Shown here piece after piece: positions 8,784 through 18,444 of a stretch of 21,153 bases of DNA (position 1 is the stretch's first letter; each line of letters starts with the position of its first letter). The translations under genes and the position numbers were made by a program. Source of the DNA: Bdellovibrionota bacterium (GTDB taxonomy: Bacteria > Bdellovibrionota_C > UBA2361 > JBIKWN01); the NCBI GenBank assembly GCA_044356295.1, contig JBIKWN010000041.1, positions 1 through 21,153 on the forward strand, given 5' to 3'. The notes under the pieces are model-generated. The model had not been told where the DNA came from and ran no database searches. It saw only the letters and a list, made by a program, of their open reading frames with translations.

Positions 8784-9167
8784 TTATGCGTTGATGTGTT
8801 TTTTGTAATCAGCAGCACTCATAAGGTTTGAAAGATCGGCTTGGTTAAATCCTTCAAGCTTACAGAGCCATCCAGCACCGTATGGATCATGGTTAACCTT
8901 TGTAGGATCATCTTTTAAAGATTCGTTAGCTTCCTTTACAGTCCCAGCTATCGGAGCATACACATCCGAAGCGGCTTTGGTTGATTCCAATACGCAAAAA
9001 CTAGCTCCTGCGCTGACTGACTTACCTACTGCAGGTACATCAACAAATACAATTTCGCCCAGTTCGTTTTGAGCAAACTCAGTTACACCAACCGTTGCAA
9101 CATTACCTTCAACAAGCACCCACTCATGGTCTTTTGTATATTTCAAAGTATCAGGAACATTTGTCAT
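8784..9167 (-). CDS. gcvH: Glycine cleavage H protein
   Basis: 127 aa; LKYTKDHEWV, lipoyl-lysine motif LESTKAASDVYAP, NHDPYGAGW. Confidence 0.98.
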   Translation of the reverse strand: MTNVPDTLKYTKDHEWVLVEGNVATVGVTEFAQNELGEIVFVDVPAVGKSVSAGASFCVLESTKAASDVYAPIAGTVKEANESLKDDPTKVNHDPYGAGWLCKLEGFNQADLSNLMSAADYKKHINA

Positions 9168-9222
9168 TTTTTAATCTCCAATAAAAATTTCATTTCTACT
9201 AAATTTGTTTTGCACTCACTAC

Positions 9223-10314
9223 CTATGAAGGCTTTTTATAAAAAGGTTTCTTCACTACTTCGGCACGAAGCTTCTTACCACGTACTTCTATAAATAATTC
9301 ACTACCTTCTTTGATGTGAGATGTATTCACAAGAGCCATACCAAGTGATTTTTGAATCGTTGGAGTTTTTGTACCGCTCGTTGTGATACCAATCTTGTTT
9401 CCAGCAGTATCAAAAATCTCTTGGTTCTCACGCACAATGCCAGCATCAGTTACAAAAAATCCGACGAGTCCTCTCTTTAATCCTGAAGTTTTTTCAGCTT
9501 GAAGAGCAGCTTTGCCGATGAAATCACCCTTATCAAATTTAATAACCCATCCAAGCCCACTTTCTAGTGCATTGATATCATCACCTAGTTCATGTCCATG
9601 TAATGGATAACAAGCTTCGAGCCTCAAAGAATCTCGAGCCCCTAATCCATTTGGGATTAGCCCTTCAGAAGCACCAGCTTCTAAAAGCATATTCCAAAAA
9701 GATTCAGTCACAGAAGTTGGGATAAAAAACTCAAAACCATCTTCGCCCGTGTAACCAGTACGCGCAGCAATAACCGTCGCTCCACCAACAGATACTTCTT
9801 TAAAGTGGAAATACTGCAGATCATTTACTGAAGCGAGTTCTGGGATTTTTTTAACGATTAAAGTTGCTAAAGGACCTTGCAGAGCAATCTGTCCATATTC
9901 ACTACTTTTATTTACATACGTAGCATCAAAAGTATTTTTAGAAGTGAACCAAGCAAAGTCTTTATCTGCATTTGAAGCATTCACACAAATAAGAAATTTT
10001 TCTTGGTTGTATCGATAGATAATAATGTCATCAACAACTCCGCCTTTCTCGTTAAGTATTGCGGAATACAACGCCTTTCCATCATATAATTTCGAAACAT
10101 CATTACAGGTAAGATACTGCAATGATTTTTCAGCTTCTTTACCAGTAACAAAAATCTCGCCCATATGTGAGACATCAAAGATCCCAGCTTTTGTTCGTGT
10201 CGCTGTATGTTCTGGAATCACACCTTGATACTGAACCGGAAGCTCCCACCCAGCAAATGTTACGATTTTTCCACCTAGTTTTTGATGCGTCTCATACAGC
10301 GGAGTTTTTTTCAT
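9223..10314 (-). CDS. gcvT: Glycine cleavage T protein (aminomethyltransferase)
   Basis: 363 aa; KTPLY, FAGWELPVQY, FDVSHMGE, RTGYTGEDGFE, GLGARDSLRLEA. Confidence 0.98.
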   Translation of the reverse strand: MKKTPLYETHQKLGGKIVTFAGWELPVQYQGVIPEHTATRTKAGIFDVSHMGEIFVTGKEAEKSLQYLTCNDVSKLYDGKALYSAILNEKGGVVDDIIIYRYNQEKFLICVNASNADKDFAWFTSKNTFDATYVNKSSEYGQIALQGPLATLIVKKIPELASVNDLQYFHFKEVSVGGATVIAARTGYTGEDGFEFFIPTSVTESFWNMLLEAGASEGLIPNGLGARDSLRLEACYPLHGHELGDDINALESGLGWVIKFDKGDFIGKAALQAEKTSGLKRGLVGFFVTDAGIVRENQEIFDTAGNKIGITTSGTKTPTIQKSLGMALVNTSHIKEGSELFIEVRGKKLRAEVVKKPFYKKPS

Positions 10315-10328
10315 ATCAATATTTTTCT

Positions 10329-11186
10329 TTAATTCATTCTTGTTAAATAAGCGCTCAATGTATTTTGAAGAAGCATTGCAATCGTCATTGGACCAACACC
10401 GCCTGGAACTGGTGTAATCTTTGAAGCAAATTTGGACGCTGCTTCAAAATCAACATCACCTTTTAATTTTCCATCGGGCATTCTGTTAATCCCTACATCG
10501 ATCACAACTGCACCCTCTTTGATCCAATCACCTTTCACAAATTCAGGTATACCAACAGCAGCAACAATTATATCTGCACCTTTTACAACATTTCGAAGAT
10601 CTTTTGTTTTAGAATGAGCAATTGTTACCGTTGCATTTTTTTCAAGTAACAACATTGCAGCGGGTTTACCAACAAGAATTGATCGCCCTATTACAACTGC
10701 ATTTTGTCCAGCAATAGTAACTTTGGATTGTTCAAGCAGTTCTATACAACCGGCAGGTGTACAAGGTTTAAGCTCTGCACGTCCTTGCATTAAGAGTCCT
10801 TGATTCACAGGGTGCAGTCCATCTGCATCTTTAGAAGGATCAATTAATGAAATTAAACGATCACTATCTAATCCTTTAGGAAGTGGAAGTTGTAAAAGAA
10901 TTCCATCAACTGCTTCATTATTATTAAAAGATATAATTGCATTTGAAACTTGCTCAAAAGTTGCATCCTGAGGAAGCACTGCATCAAATGTTTCAAATCC
11001 ACACTCACGTGCCGCTTTTCCTTTATTTCCAACATATGTTTTGGAGGCAGGATTATCACCTACTAATATAACTGCAAGGCCAGGAGCTCGAACTACTTTT
11101 TTTGAACGGAATTCAGCGACAACATTTTTGATTCGCTCTCTTACTTGAGCTGATATTAGTTTTCCATCGATTAATGTGGCGGTCAT
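10329..11186 (-). CDS. folD: Methylene-THF dehydrogenase / methenyl-THF cyclohydrolase
   Basis: 285 aa; PGLAVILVG, DGILLQLPLP, KDADGLHP, PCTPAG, GRSILVGKP, ITPVPGGVGPMT. Confidence 0.98.
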   Translation of the reverse strand: MTATLIDGKLISAQVRERIKNVVAEFRSKKVVRAPGLAVILVGDNPASKTYVGNKGKAARECGFETFDAVLPQDATFEQVSNAIISFNNNEAVDGILLQLPLPKGLDSDRLISLIDPSKDADGLHPVNQGLLMQGRAELKPCTPAGCIELLEQSKVTIAGQNAVVIGRSILVGKPAAMLLLEKNATVTIAHSKTKDLRNVVKGADIIVAAVGIPEFVKGDWIKEGAVVIDVGINRMPDGKLKGDVDFEAASKFASKITPVPGGVGPMTIAMLLQNTLSAYLTRMN

Positions 11187-11281
11187 CGCGGGTGGTAGTA
11201 TAACGAATCTTGTTTAAAAATCACAGTCGATTTAGAGTTCGCTCGAGGCTCTAGAACCACTTTTTTAGGAAATTAGTAATT

Positions 11282-12415
11282 ATGGCAACTTCATCAATGA
11301 CAATCGGTGTTCCACGAGAGAGAAAAACTTTAGAACAGAGAGTCGCTTTGACACCTGATGGTGCAGCAGAGCTAGTAAAACATGGCCATACTGTTCTTAT
11401 AGAGACAAATGCCGGTCAGAAATCCCATTTTGAAGATGCTCAATACACCCAAGCAGGTTGTAAGATAGTTCCAACACTTTCTGATGTTTGGACCAAATCA
11501 CAAATGGTGGTGAAAGTTAAAGAGCCCCACCAAGAAGAGTTCCAATTTTTTAGAAAAGATCACATCCTTTTTGATTACCTTCACCTTGCCAGCATGCCAG
11601 ATGTCACAAAAGCGATGCTTGACGGACAAGTAACAGGAATCGCTTACGAACTAGTAAAAATGCCTGATGGCCGGCTGCCTCTTCTTGAGCCGATGAGTGA
11701 AGTTGCGGGGAAACTTTCTGTTTTAAACGGAAGTTATTTCCTTCTTGGACAAAATGGTGGTCGCGGGGTTCTTCTTGGTGGAACTGTTGGTGTACTTCCA
11801 GCAAAAGTAGTCATCATCGGTGCAGGAATCGCAGGACGTTGTGCTTGTGAAGTTGCACTTGGAATGGGAGCAGATGTCTCAGTATTAGATGTCAATTATG
11901 CAAAGCTTGATCATATTAGGGTTCAGACATCAGGGCGTGCTCGCACAGTTCACTCAACAAAAGCTTCACTAGAGCGAGAAGTTCAAACTGCTGACCTATT
12001 AATTGGTGCAGTACTTATTCCTGGCGCAGCAGCTCCTAAACTTATCACTCGTGACATGATCAAATCCATGAAGAAAGGATCAGTTTTTGTTGATATCAGT
12101 ATTGATCAAGGTGGGTGCGGTGAAACGATTAAACCTACTAACCTTGATGCTCCAACGTTTATTGAAGAAGGTGTGATTCATTACGGTGTTTGTAATATGC
12201 CTGCTCAGACTCCTCGAACATCAACCCAAGCACTAACTGCTGCAACACTTCCTTACATAGTAAAAATAGCTAATAACGGTGGTATTGCTGCTTTAAATAA
12301 ATTCGCCGATCTTCGTGGGGCACTTAACACTCATCATGGGATGCTTACGAATCATGAAGTGAGTGAGGCAACTGGGTTTCGGTTTACTGCTATTGATGAG
12401 GCTTTGAAAGCTTAA
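11282..12415 (+). CDS. ald: Alanine dehydrogenase
   Basis: 377 aa; IGVPRE, EQRVALTP, VKVKEP, YLHLA, LPLLEPMSEVAG, GAVLIPGA.APKL, DISIDQGGC.ET, HYGVCNMP..PRTST.AL. Confidence 0.96.
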   Translation: MATSSMTIGVPRERKTLEQRVALTPDGAAELVKHGHTVLIETNAGQKSHFEDAQYTQAGCKIVPTLSDVWTKSQMVVKVKEPHQEEFQFFRKDHILFDYLHLASMPDVTKAMLDGQVTGIAYELVKMPDGRLPLLEPMSEVAGKLSVLNGSYFLLGQNGGRGVLLGGTVGVLPAKVVIIGAGIAGRCACEVALGMGADVSVLDVNYAKLDHIRVQTSGRARTVHSTKASLEREVQTADLLIGAVLIPGAAAPKLITRDMIKSMKKGSVFVDISIDQGGCGETIKPTNLDAPTFIEEGVIHYGVCNMPAQTPRTSTQALTAATLPYIVKIANNGGIAALNKFADLRGALNTHHGMLTNHEVSEATGFRFTAIDEALKA

Positions 12416-12425
12416 TGAGGATCTT

Positions 12426-12461
12426 TTTTGTAACGCGAAGGTCGCGAAGTACGCGAAGGGG
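12426..12461 (+). repeat. Left 36-bp inverted repeat of the GxxExxY cassette
   Basis: TTTTGTAACGCGAAGGTCGCGAAGTACGCGAAGGGG; three CGCGAAG units at 9-bp spacing; exact reverse complement of 12954-12989. Confidence 0.97.
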
Positions 12462-12548
12462 ATATTTTTGAAATTCGTGCTTTGACCCTGACGGTTTGAG
12501 TTTTTCTCGCAACTTTTTTTTGGAATTCATCGACCATTACTTATTAAA

Positions 12549-12947
12549 ATGAGTAATTGGAATAAAATGAATTTTGAGCCTTTGAGTAATCAAGTAATTA
12601 GAGCAGCTATGAATGTTCATACTGCTTTAGGTCCAGGCTTATTCGAAGAAGTTTATAAGGCCTGCTTATTTTACGAATTATCGAAAATTGGTCTTAAAAC
12701 ATTTTCCGAAGTAAAGCTTCCAGTTCTATATGATGAAAAAAAGTTAGAAATTGGCTATAGAATTGACCTGCTGATTGAAGATAGCCTCATTGTAGAATTA
12801 AAATCTGTAGAGCAACTTCGTCCGATTCATAAAGCTCAACTTTTGACGTATTTAAAGCTTTCAAAGAAGCCGATTGGCTTACTAATAAACTTTAATACAC
12901 CACATCTAAAAAACGGGATAATCAGAGTAATAAATTCCCAACCCTAA
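12549..12947 (+). CDS. GxxExxY protein (PD-(D/E)XK nuclease superfamily)
   Basis: 132 aa (alternative ATG at 12567); [14 protein letters not shown] contains GxxExx[18 protein letters not shown] nuclease core; [11 protein letters not shown]...GLLINFN. Confidence 0.95.
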   Translation: MSNWNKMNFEPLSNQVIRAAMNVHTALGPGLFEEVYKACLFYELSKIGLKTFSEVKLPVLYDEKKLEIGYRIDLLIEDSLIVELKSVEQLRPIHKAQLLTYLKLSKKPIGLLINFNTPHLKNGIIRVINSQP

Positions 12948-12953
12948 TACTCC

Positions 12954-12989
12954 CCCCTTCGCGTACTTCGCGACCTTCGCGTTACAAAA
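12954..12989 (-). repeat. Right 36-bp inverted repeat of the GxxExxY cassette
   Basis: CCCCTTCGCGTACTTCGCGACCTTCGCGTTACAAAA, starting 6 nt after the GxxExxY stop. Confidence 0.97.
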
Positions 12990-13004
12990 TCCAAACAACA
13001 AAAA

Positions 13005-13033
13005 CTGTCACTTTCCTCCACTATTCAGTAGAA
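13005..13033 (+). promoter_or_regulatory. Candidate sigma70 promoter of fumarase
   Basis: CTGTCA(13005-13010)-N17-TAGAAT(13028-13033), 11 nt before the ATG; no obvious Shine-Dalgarno. Confidence 0.5.
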
Positions 13034-13044
13034 TCAATGACACC

Positions 13045-14655
13045 ATGGCAACATTCGAATACGAAAAATCAATCCAATTATCAGAAGACAAAACAGTCTA
13101 CCGCAAACTTCCTGGCGATTTTGTCAAAGAAGTAAAACTAACAGACGGCAGAACATTTTTAGAAGTAGCCCCCGAAGGGCTAGCACTTTTAACCAAAACT
13201 GCATTCGCCGACCTTTCGTTTTTTCTAAGAAGTGAACACTTAGAATCACTTCAAAAAGAGTTAGATGATCCAGAAAGCTCAGATAACGATAAATTTGTCG
13301 TCTATACACATTTACAAAATGCAGTAATCGCTGCAAACGGAGTCCTTCCTATCTGCCAAGATACAGGTACTGCCCAAATAATTGGATGGAAAGGAAAAAA
13401 CATTCTTACTGATGGAAACGATGCAAAGTATATCTCGCAAGGAGTATTCGAAACCTATCAAGAAAAAAACCTACGGTACTCACAGATAGCACCAGTAGAA
13501 ATATTCAAAGAGAAAAACACAGGTAACAATCTTCCTGCACAAGTCGAAATATACAGTGATGCTTCCGAAGATTACCGCTTTCTTTGCATAGCTAAAGGCG
13601 GAGGCTCTGCAAGTAAAATGTTTCTGTATCAAGCATCACCTGCAGTGCTTAACGAAAAAAGCTTTGAAGATTTTATTACTAAAAAATTGGCAGATATTGG
13701 CACATCCGCTTGCCCACCCTATCACTTAGTTGTTGTCATTGGTGGAACAAGTGCAGATGACACAATGAAAGTGCTAAAACTTGCATCAGCTAAATATCTA
13801 GACTCGCTTCCACTAACCGGAAATGAAAAAGGAAGAACATTTAGAGACATCGAGTGGGAAGGAAAAATCCTAAAAATTGCTCAGAAACTTGGAATCGGCG
13901 CACAATTCGGAGGAAAACACTTTGCCCATGACGTTCGAGTCATTCGCCAAGCTCGCCATGCAGCAAATTGTCCGATTGGACTTGGTGTTAGTTGCTCAGC
14001 AGACAGAAACCTTAAAGCTAAAATTAATAAGGATGGAATCTTTATTGAACAGCTTGAATTTAATCCAGCAAAGTACCTTCCAAAAGTTGCCCCCGAGATG
14101 GCGCCTCCGGTTGTCGTTAATCTTAACGAAGGAATGGATAAAGTCCGAAAACTTCTTTCTCAATTCCCGGTAAAAACTAGGGTTAGCCTTAATGGTTCTG
14201 TCATTGTTGCAAGAGATCTTGCACATGCACGAATCAAATCAATGATTGAAGCAGGACAACCTATGCCTGAGTATTTCAAAAAATATCCTGTCTATTATGC
14301 AGGACCTGCGAAAACTCCTGCTGGTATGGCGACTGGAAGTTTTGGCCCAACAACTGCTGGACGGATGGATAGCTTTGTTGATCAATTCCAAAGTCTTGGC
14401 GGTTCAATGATCATGCTTGCCAAAGGAAATCGATCACAACAAGTTACTGATGCATGTAAAAAATGGGGCGGATTTTATCTTGGGTCTATTGGAGGCCCAG
14501 CAGCAAGTCTAGCGCTGAATAATATTACAAAAGTTGAAGTAATAGATTTTGAAGATTTAGGAATGGAAGCTATTCGTAAAATCGAAGTAGAAAACTTCCC
14601 AGCCTTTATCGTGATTGATGATAAAGGCAATGATTTTTTTCAGATGCTAAAGTAG
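13045..14655 (+). CDS. fumA: Class I (Fe-S) fumarate hydratase, FumA/FumB type
   Basis: 536 aa; [87 protein letters not shown]. Confidence 0.96.
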   Translation: MATFEYEKSIQLSEDKTVYRKLPGDFVKEVKLTDGRTFLEVAPEGLALLTKTAFADLSFFLRSEHLESLQKELDDPESSDNDKFVVYTHLQNAVIAANGVLPICQDTGTAQIIGWKGKNILTDGNDAKYISQGVFETYQEKNLRYSQIAPVEIFKEKNTGNNLPAQVEIYSDASEDYRFLCIAKGGGSASKMFLYQASPAVLNEKSFEDFITKKLADIGTSACPPYHLVVVIGGTSADDTMKVLKLASAKYLDSLPLTGNEKGRTFRDIEWEGKILKIAQKLGIGAQFGGKHFAHDVRVIRQARHAANCPIGLGVSCSADRNLKAKINKDGIFIEQLEFNPAKYLPKVAPEMAPPVVVNLNEGMDKVRKLLSQFPVKTRVSLNGSVIVARDLAHARIKSMIEAGQPMPEYFKKYPVYYAGPAKTPAGMATGSFGPTTAGRMDSFVDQFQSLGGSMIMLAKGNRSQQVTDACKKWGGFYLGSIGGPAASLALNNITKVEVIDFEDLGMEAIRKIEVENFPAFIVIDDKGNDFFQMLK

Positions 14656-14705
14656 ATCGGAACAGTCATCAGCTAGCGAAGACTGACAATAACAATAAAA
14701 AATTA

Positions 14706-14981
14706 CTAAGCAGCCCTAGCTGAACTTTTAGCTCGCTTAATCACAATCGGAGAATTGATAAGCAGCGTCGTCGTATCAGACTCACGCTTATAATTGATAT
14801 CGAAACCATTCTCATCAATCACAAAGAATTTCTCTATTACTGACACAAGCTCTTTTCGAAAAGCTGTAAGCTCTTCACTTGAAAGCCCTGCTCTATCCTG
14901 TACAAGACAGAAGTGGAGACGGCTTTTAGCCAAATTTTTACTTTCACGACCTGCGAAGAGTTTTTTGAATGAATTAAACAC
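14706..14981 (-). CDS. minE: Cell division topological specificity factor MinE
   Basis: 91 aa, GTG start; SKNLAKSRLHFCLVQDR (cf. SAxxAKERLxxxLxxDR), RKELVSVIEKF; directly downstream of minD. Confidence 0.92.
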   Translation of the reverse strand: MFNSFKKLFAGRESKNLAKSRLHFCLVQDRAGLSSEELTAFRKELVSVIEKFFVIDENGFDINYKRESDTTTLLINSPIVIKRAKSSARAA

Positions 14982-15027
14982 TTTTTTACCACCCCTATTT
15001 TGTATTATCCGTTATTGTTATCTGAAA

Positions 15028-15846
15028 TTACCCAAACGCCAATCGGGAAAGTTTGCCAAACAGCCCTGTTGGATTAAAATCTGGAAATGGAACCACTTCT
15101 CCAGTGATTCGAGCCGCGATTCGCGAGAATGCCGCCCCTGCTTTTGCCTTAATGTTATAAACAACCGGCTCACCAGTGTTGGCAGCTATAATTACGCTCT
15201 CATCTCGCTCAATAACACCAATCAGTTCAATTCCAAGTATCTCTTGAACATCTTTTACTGAAAGCATGTCCCCACGCTTCACCATATCGAAATCAATACG
15301 ATTTATAATCAATTTTGGCTCAATGCTTTTTGCTGCTAGAAGCCCAACAACTCTGTCAGCATCCCGTATTGAGGCTACTTCAGGTGTACAAACAACAAGT
15401 GCACTATCTGCTCCTGCACAAGCGTTTCTAAAGCCCTGCTCAATACCTGCAGGTGAATCGACTAGAATATAATGAAATTCGCGGCGGTACTGATCCAGAA
15501 CATTTTTAATCTCTGTTTCAGATATTACATCTTTATCATCAGTCTGAGATGCTGGAAGAAGATAAAGATTATTGGATTTTTTAGACTTAATTGTTGCCTG
15601 ATTTGGCTTACAAGCATTCTTTGCAACATCAACTAAATTGAAAACAATTCTATTTTCAAGTCCAAGTATCACGTCAAGGTTTCTAAGACCAATATCAGCA
15701 TCAACAACTAATGTACGATGCCCTTTGAGTGCCAACGCAGCACCAATACTTGCTGTAGTAGTTGTTTTACCAACTCCTCCTTTACCAGAGGTAACGACGA
15801 TAATCTCACCTAGCTTTTTACCAGCTGCACCGTTTTTATTATTCAT
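15028..15846 (-). CDS. minD: Septum site-determining ATPase MinD
   Basis: 272 aa; TSGKGGVGKTT, DADIGLRNLDVILGLENRIVF, LLPASQT, DSPAGIEQGF, PEVASIRDADRVVGLL; C-terminal amphipathic GLFGKLSRLAF. Confidence 0.98.
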   Translation of the reverse strand: MNNKNGAAGKKLGEIIVVTSGKGGVGKTTTTASIGAALALKGHRTLVVDADIGLRNLDVILGLENRIVFNLVDVAKNACKPNQATIKSKKSNNLYLLPASQTDDKDVISETEIKNVLDQYRREFHYILVDSPAGIEQGFRNACAGADSALVVCTPEVASIRDADRVVGLLAAKSIEPKLIINRIDFDMVKRGDMLSVKDVQEILGIELIGVIERDESVIIAANTGEPVVYNIKAKAGAAFSRIAARITGEVVPFPDFNPTGLFGKLSRLAFG

Positions 15847-15896
15847 ACGCTTATCCCTTTTACTCTTAAAACTTTATTCAAAAAATTGATATTAAT

Positions 15897-16802
15897 TTAC
15901 GCATCCTTGCGACGTGATAACATTGCTTTTGCCTGATACGGCTCAACTACTATGGATGTTCCATCCACGCGAGCAATCTCTGAGACATGCGCAGTAGTGC
16001 TCTTATCAACAGCACCTCGCGAAATCACGGCACCGATTCTTAACTGAGTTGGCTGCAAATTCAAAGCAAAAATTACACGTCCACCACCTGTTTCATCATA
16101 TGCACCAGCATGGGCAACGCCGCGAAGTGTTCCAAGAACGATAATATCGCCACCTGCTATAAGTTCTGCACCTGAATTAACATCACCAAATACTACAATT
16201 GAATGTTCTGTTTCGATCTTTTGTCCGCCACGAATGGTAGAAGCAATAATTCTTGCATCAGCTTCATCAAAAAGCGCTGCATCACCTAGTTTTGATGAGT
16301 ATCGATCAAATTTCACTGCTGAAGTTTTTGCTTCTCCATCAACAGAGAACGAATCAATCCCACCAAATAAACCACGCGAACTTGTTGAAGTTTGAGCTTG
16401 TGAATTCATGCCGAATGTTTCAATTGACTGGGCAAGGGTTGTTTTTTGGGAAACATCCTTTGCAGACTCACGAATGGTTGGCTCCTTAAGATGTGAAGAT
16501 GCAATATCGACATCCCTCGATTTTGCATAAGCAATCAGGGCATCAACAAAATCAACTTGCGGAACTTCAGAAGTCCACTCAATTGATACGTCATTACCTG
16601 CCAAAAAGCGCCGGCGAGAATCAATAAAAGATTCAAAGGCTTCTTTGATTGAATCTCGTCCTGCACGACCATCGACTCGGATAACTAATCCTTCGCCTGT
16701 GCCTCGTGCTGTTATAATGCTTCTATCTAGAGACAGATCTACAGAAAAATCATCACCCTTACTGCCAAAAAAATCTTGGCCTCTCGTTTCCTCGTTGTCC
16801 AT
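15897..16802 (-). CDS. minC: Septum site-determining protein MinC
   Basis: 301 aa; C-terminal beta-helix IRGGQKI...VVFGDVNSGAELIAGGDIIVLGTLRGVAHAGA...LQPTQLRIG; upstream of minD. Confidence 0.95.
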   Translation of the reverse strand: MDNEETRGQDFFGSKGDDFSVDLSLDRSIITARGTGEGLVIRVDGRAGRDSIKEAFESFIDSRRRFLAGNDVSIEWTSEVPQVDFVDALIAYAKSRDVDIASSHLKEPTIRESAKDVSQKTTLAQSIETFGMNSQAQTSTSSRGLFGGIDSFSVDGEAKTSAVKFDRYSSKLGDAALFDEADARIIASTIRGGQKIETEHSIVVFGDVNSGAELIAGGDIIVLGTLRGVAHAGAYDETGGGRVIFALNLQPTQLRIGAVISRGAVDKSTTAHVSEIARVDGTSIVVEPYQAKAMLSRRKDA

Positions 16803-16868
16803 TAATTCCTATCTTTCGAAAACTGCGGTTTCTCGTTACTTTAAGTAACTTATAGCAAACGAGGTTTC

Positions 16869-17372
16869 ATGACGTCAACAAATATCGTCCCGGCGAAAAT
16901 TTTAGATCAGATCGCTTGGGTACTTGCCACTGGGCTTGGATCAGGGTTAGCACCAGTTGCATCTGGTACGTTTGGGTCTGCTGCCGCTCTCATTGTGTGG
17001 TATTTACTAGGTTTTGACCCATTTTTTGGAATTTCTGTTCCAGCTCGAGTGCTACTGATTATCTCTGTTTCTGCACTCGGAATTTGGGCTGGGCAAAAAG
17101 TTATCGATGCAAAGAAAAATCTCGATCCAAAAGAAGTTGTCATCGATGAATGGGCTGGAATGTGGATAAGTGCGCTACTGCTTACCCCTCAAAGCTCTTG
17201 GATTCTTTGGTTTGCTAGTTTCTTTTTCTTTCGCTTATTTGACGTTATGAAACCTGGACTCGTTGGTACAGCAGAGAAATTACCTGGAAGTTTTGGAGTA
17301 ATGGCAGATGATATTTTGGCTGGAATGCTAGCGTTAATCTGCACAACTACTATAGCTATTATATTTTTTTAG
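16869..17372 (+). CDS. pgpA: Phosphatidylglycerophosphatase A
   Basis: 167 aa hydrophobic; GLGSGLAPVASGTFGS, DPKEVVIDEWAGMW, FRLFDVMKP, GVMADDILAG. Confidence 0.95.
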   Translation: MTSTNIVPAKILDQIAWVLATGLGSGLAPVASGTFGSAAALIVWYLLGFDPFFGISVPARVLLIISVSALGIWAGQKVIDAKKNLDPKEVVIDEWAGMWISALLLTPQSSWILWFASFFFFRLFDVMKPGLVGTAEKLPGSFGVMADDILAGMLALICTTTIAIIFF

Positions 17373-17388
17373 TAGCGAGTACTCGCCA

Positions 17389-18444
17389 ATGCTAAAAAGT
17401 CGATATGGTTATTTTGTTGCTACATTAATTTGCATCGCTAGTTTGCAAGGCTGCAGCCCATTCTATGTATTTGATGCAGCTATTGAACAAGTTTCTATTC
17501 TTTCCAAACGGCAAGATATTTCTGAGGCACTTACTGATCCCGATGTGCCACAAGAAGTAAAAGATAAACTATCCTTTGTTCAGCGTGCTCGAGTATTTGC
17601 TAAAGATTCTCTGCTATTAACTCCTGATGGTTCATTTACTTCTTATGTTGATATTCAAAGGGATCAACTGTCTTGGATAGTCATGGCAGTTAAAAAAGAT
17701 AGCTTTGAACTGCAATCTTGGTGGTTTCCTATTGTTGGTACTGTTCCGTACAAAGGTTTTTTTAAAAAAGAAGATGCTGAAGCTTATGCCAAAGAATTAG
17801 AATCTGATGGTTTTTTTGAAACTTGGGTTCGCTCAACAGATGCATACTCAACTCTGGGATGGTTTGACGATCCAATTCTATCGACAACACTAAGACATCC
17901 CGTTACAAGTATTGTTGAAACGGTACTGCACGAGTCATTTCACCAAACGGTATGGTTTAAAGGTGAGGCAGCTTTTAATGAAACTGCTGCAAATCTTGTA
18001 GGGCTAGCTGGAGCAGCACTTTTTTTTCAGTCAATACAACCTGGAAGTGACTATGAAAAGAGTTCCAAACAACGGCTCCTCGATGCAACTTCGGTAGGCG
18101 CGATTGTCAATGAACTGTACTCAAAATTGCAGGAGCTCTATGTCTCACCAAAGACCCGGGAGCAGAAAATTTTAGAACGTGACCAACTGTTCAATGAAAT
18201 AATGATGCCTTGGAGGAAGAAATTCCCTCAGATGAAATCATTTGCAAAACTTAATAACGCCGAGATTCTTCAACTAAAGACGTACTTCACTGATTTTGAT
18301 ATTCTTATGAAGCGATTTGAAGAAGCCGGTTCACTACCTGCTTTTATTCAGTATCTTACAAAACTAAAAACAACTGCTGAAGAAAAAGAGATTAGCCCAA
18401 ATGAAATTTATCGATTACCTCTCACAGACAGCGCTTCGAAATAA
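17389..18444 (+). CDS. Predicted zinc aminopeptidase lipoprotein (DUF2265-type)
   Basis: 351 aa; lipobox LQG-C; WWFPIVGTVPYKGFF, AYSTLGWFDDP, HESFH (HExxH) followed by FNETAA. Confidence 0.88.
   Translation: MLKSRYGYFVATLICIASLQGCSPFYVFDAAIEQVSILSKRQDISEALTDPDVPQEVKDKLSFVQRARVFAKDSLLLTPDGSFTSYVDIQRDQLSWIVMAVKKDSFELQSWWFPIVGTVPYKGFFKKEDAEAYAKELESDGFFETWVRSTDAYSTLGWFDDPILSTTLRHPVTSIVETVLHESFHQTVWFKGEAAFNETAANLVGLAGAALFFQSIQPGSDYEKSSKQRLLDATSVGAIVNELYSKLQELYVSPKTREQKILERDQLFNEIMMPWRKKFPQMKSFAKLNNAEILQLKTYFTDFDILMKRFEEAGSLPAFIQYLTKLKTTAEEKEISPNEIYRLPLTDSASK

Larger units (their letters stand above)
12426..12989 (+). mobile_element. Putative inverted-repeat-bounded single-gene cassette carrying GxxExxY
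   Basis: 564-bp unit with perfect 36-bp terminal inverted repeats between ald and fumarase. No transposase and no clear target duplication; mobility is inferred. Confidence 0.55.

Noticed and set aside
11187..11281. Glycine riboswitch for the gcv operon
   Set aside because: The gap is only 95 bp, shared with divergent ald, and no aptamer motifs were seen.
12426..12989. CRISPR array or classical IS
   Set aside because: The repeats are inverted rather than direct, there are no spacers or cas genes, no DDE or HUH transposase, and no clear target-site duplication.
14663..14685. Terminator between convergent fumarase and minE (CAGTC...GACTG)
   Set aside because: The stem is imperfect and has no U-tract in either direction, so it is too weak to call.
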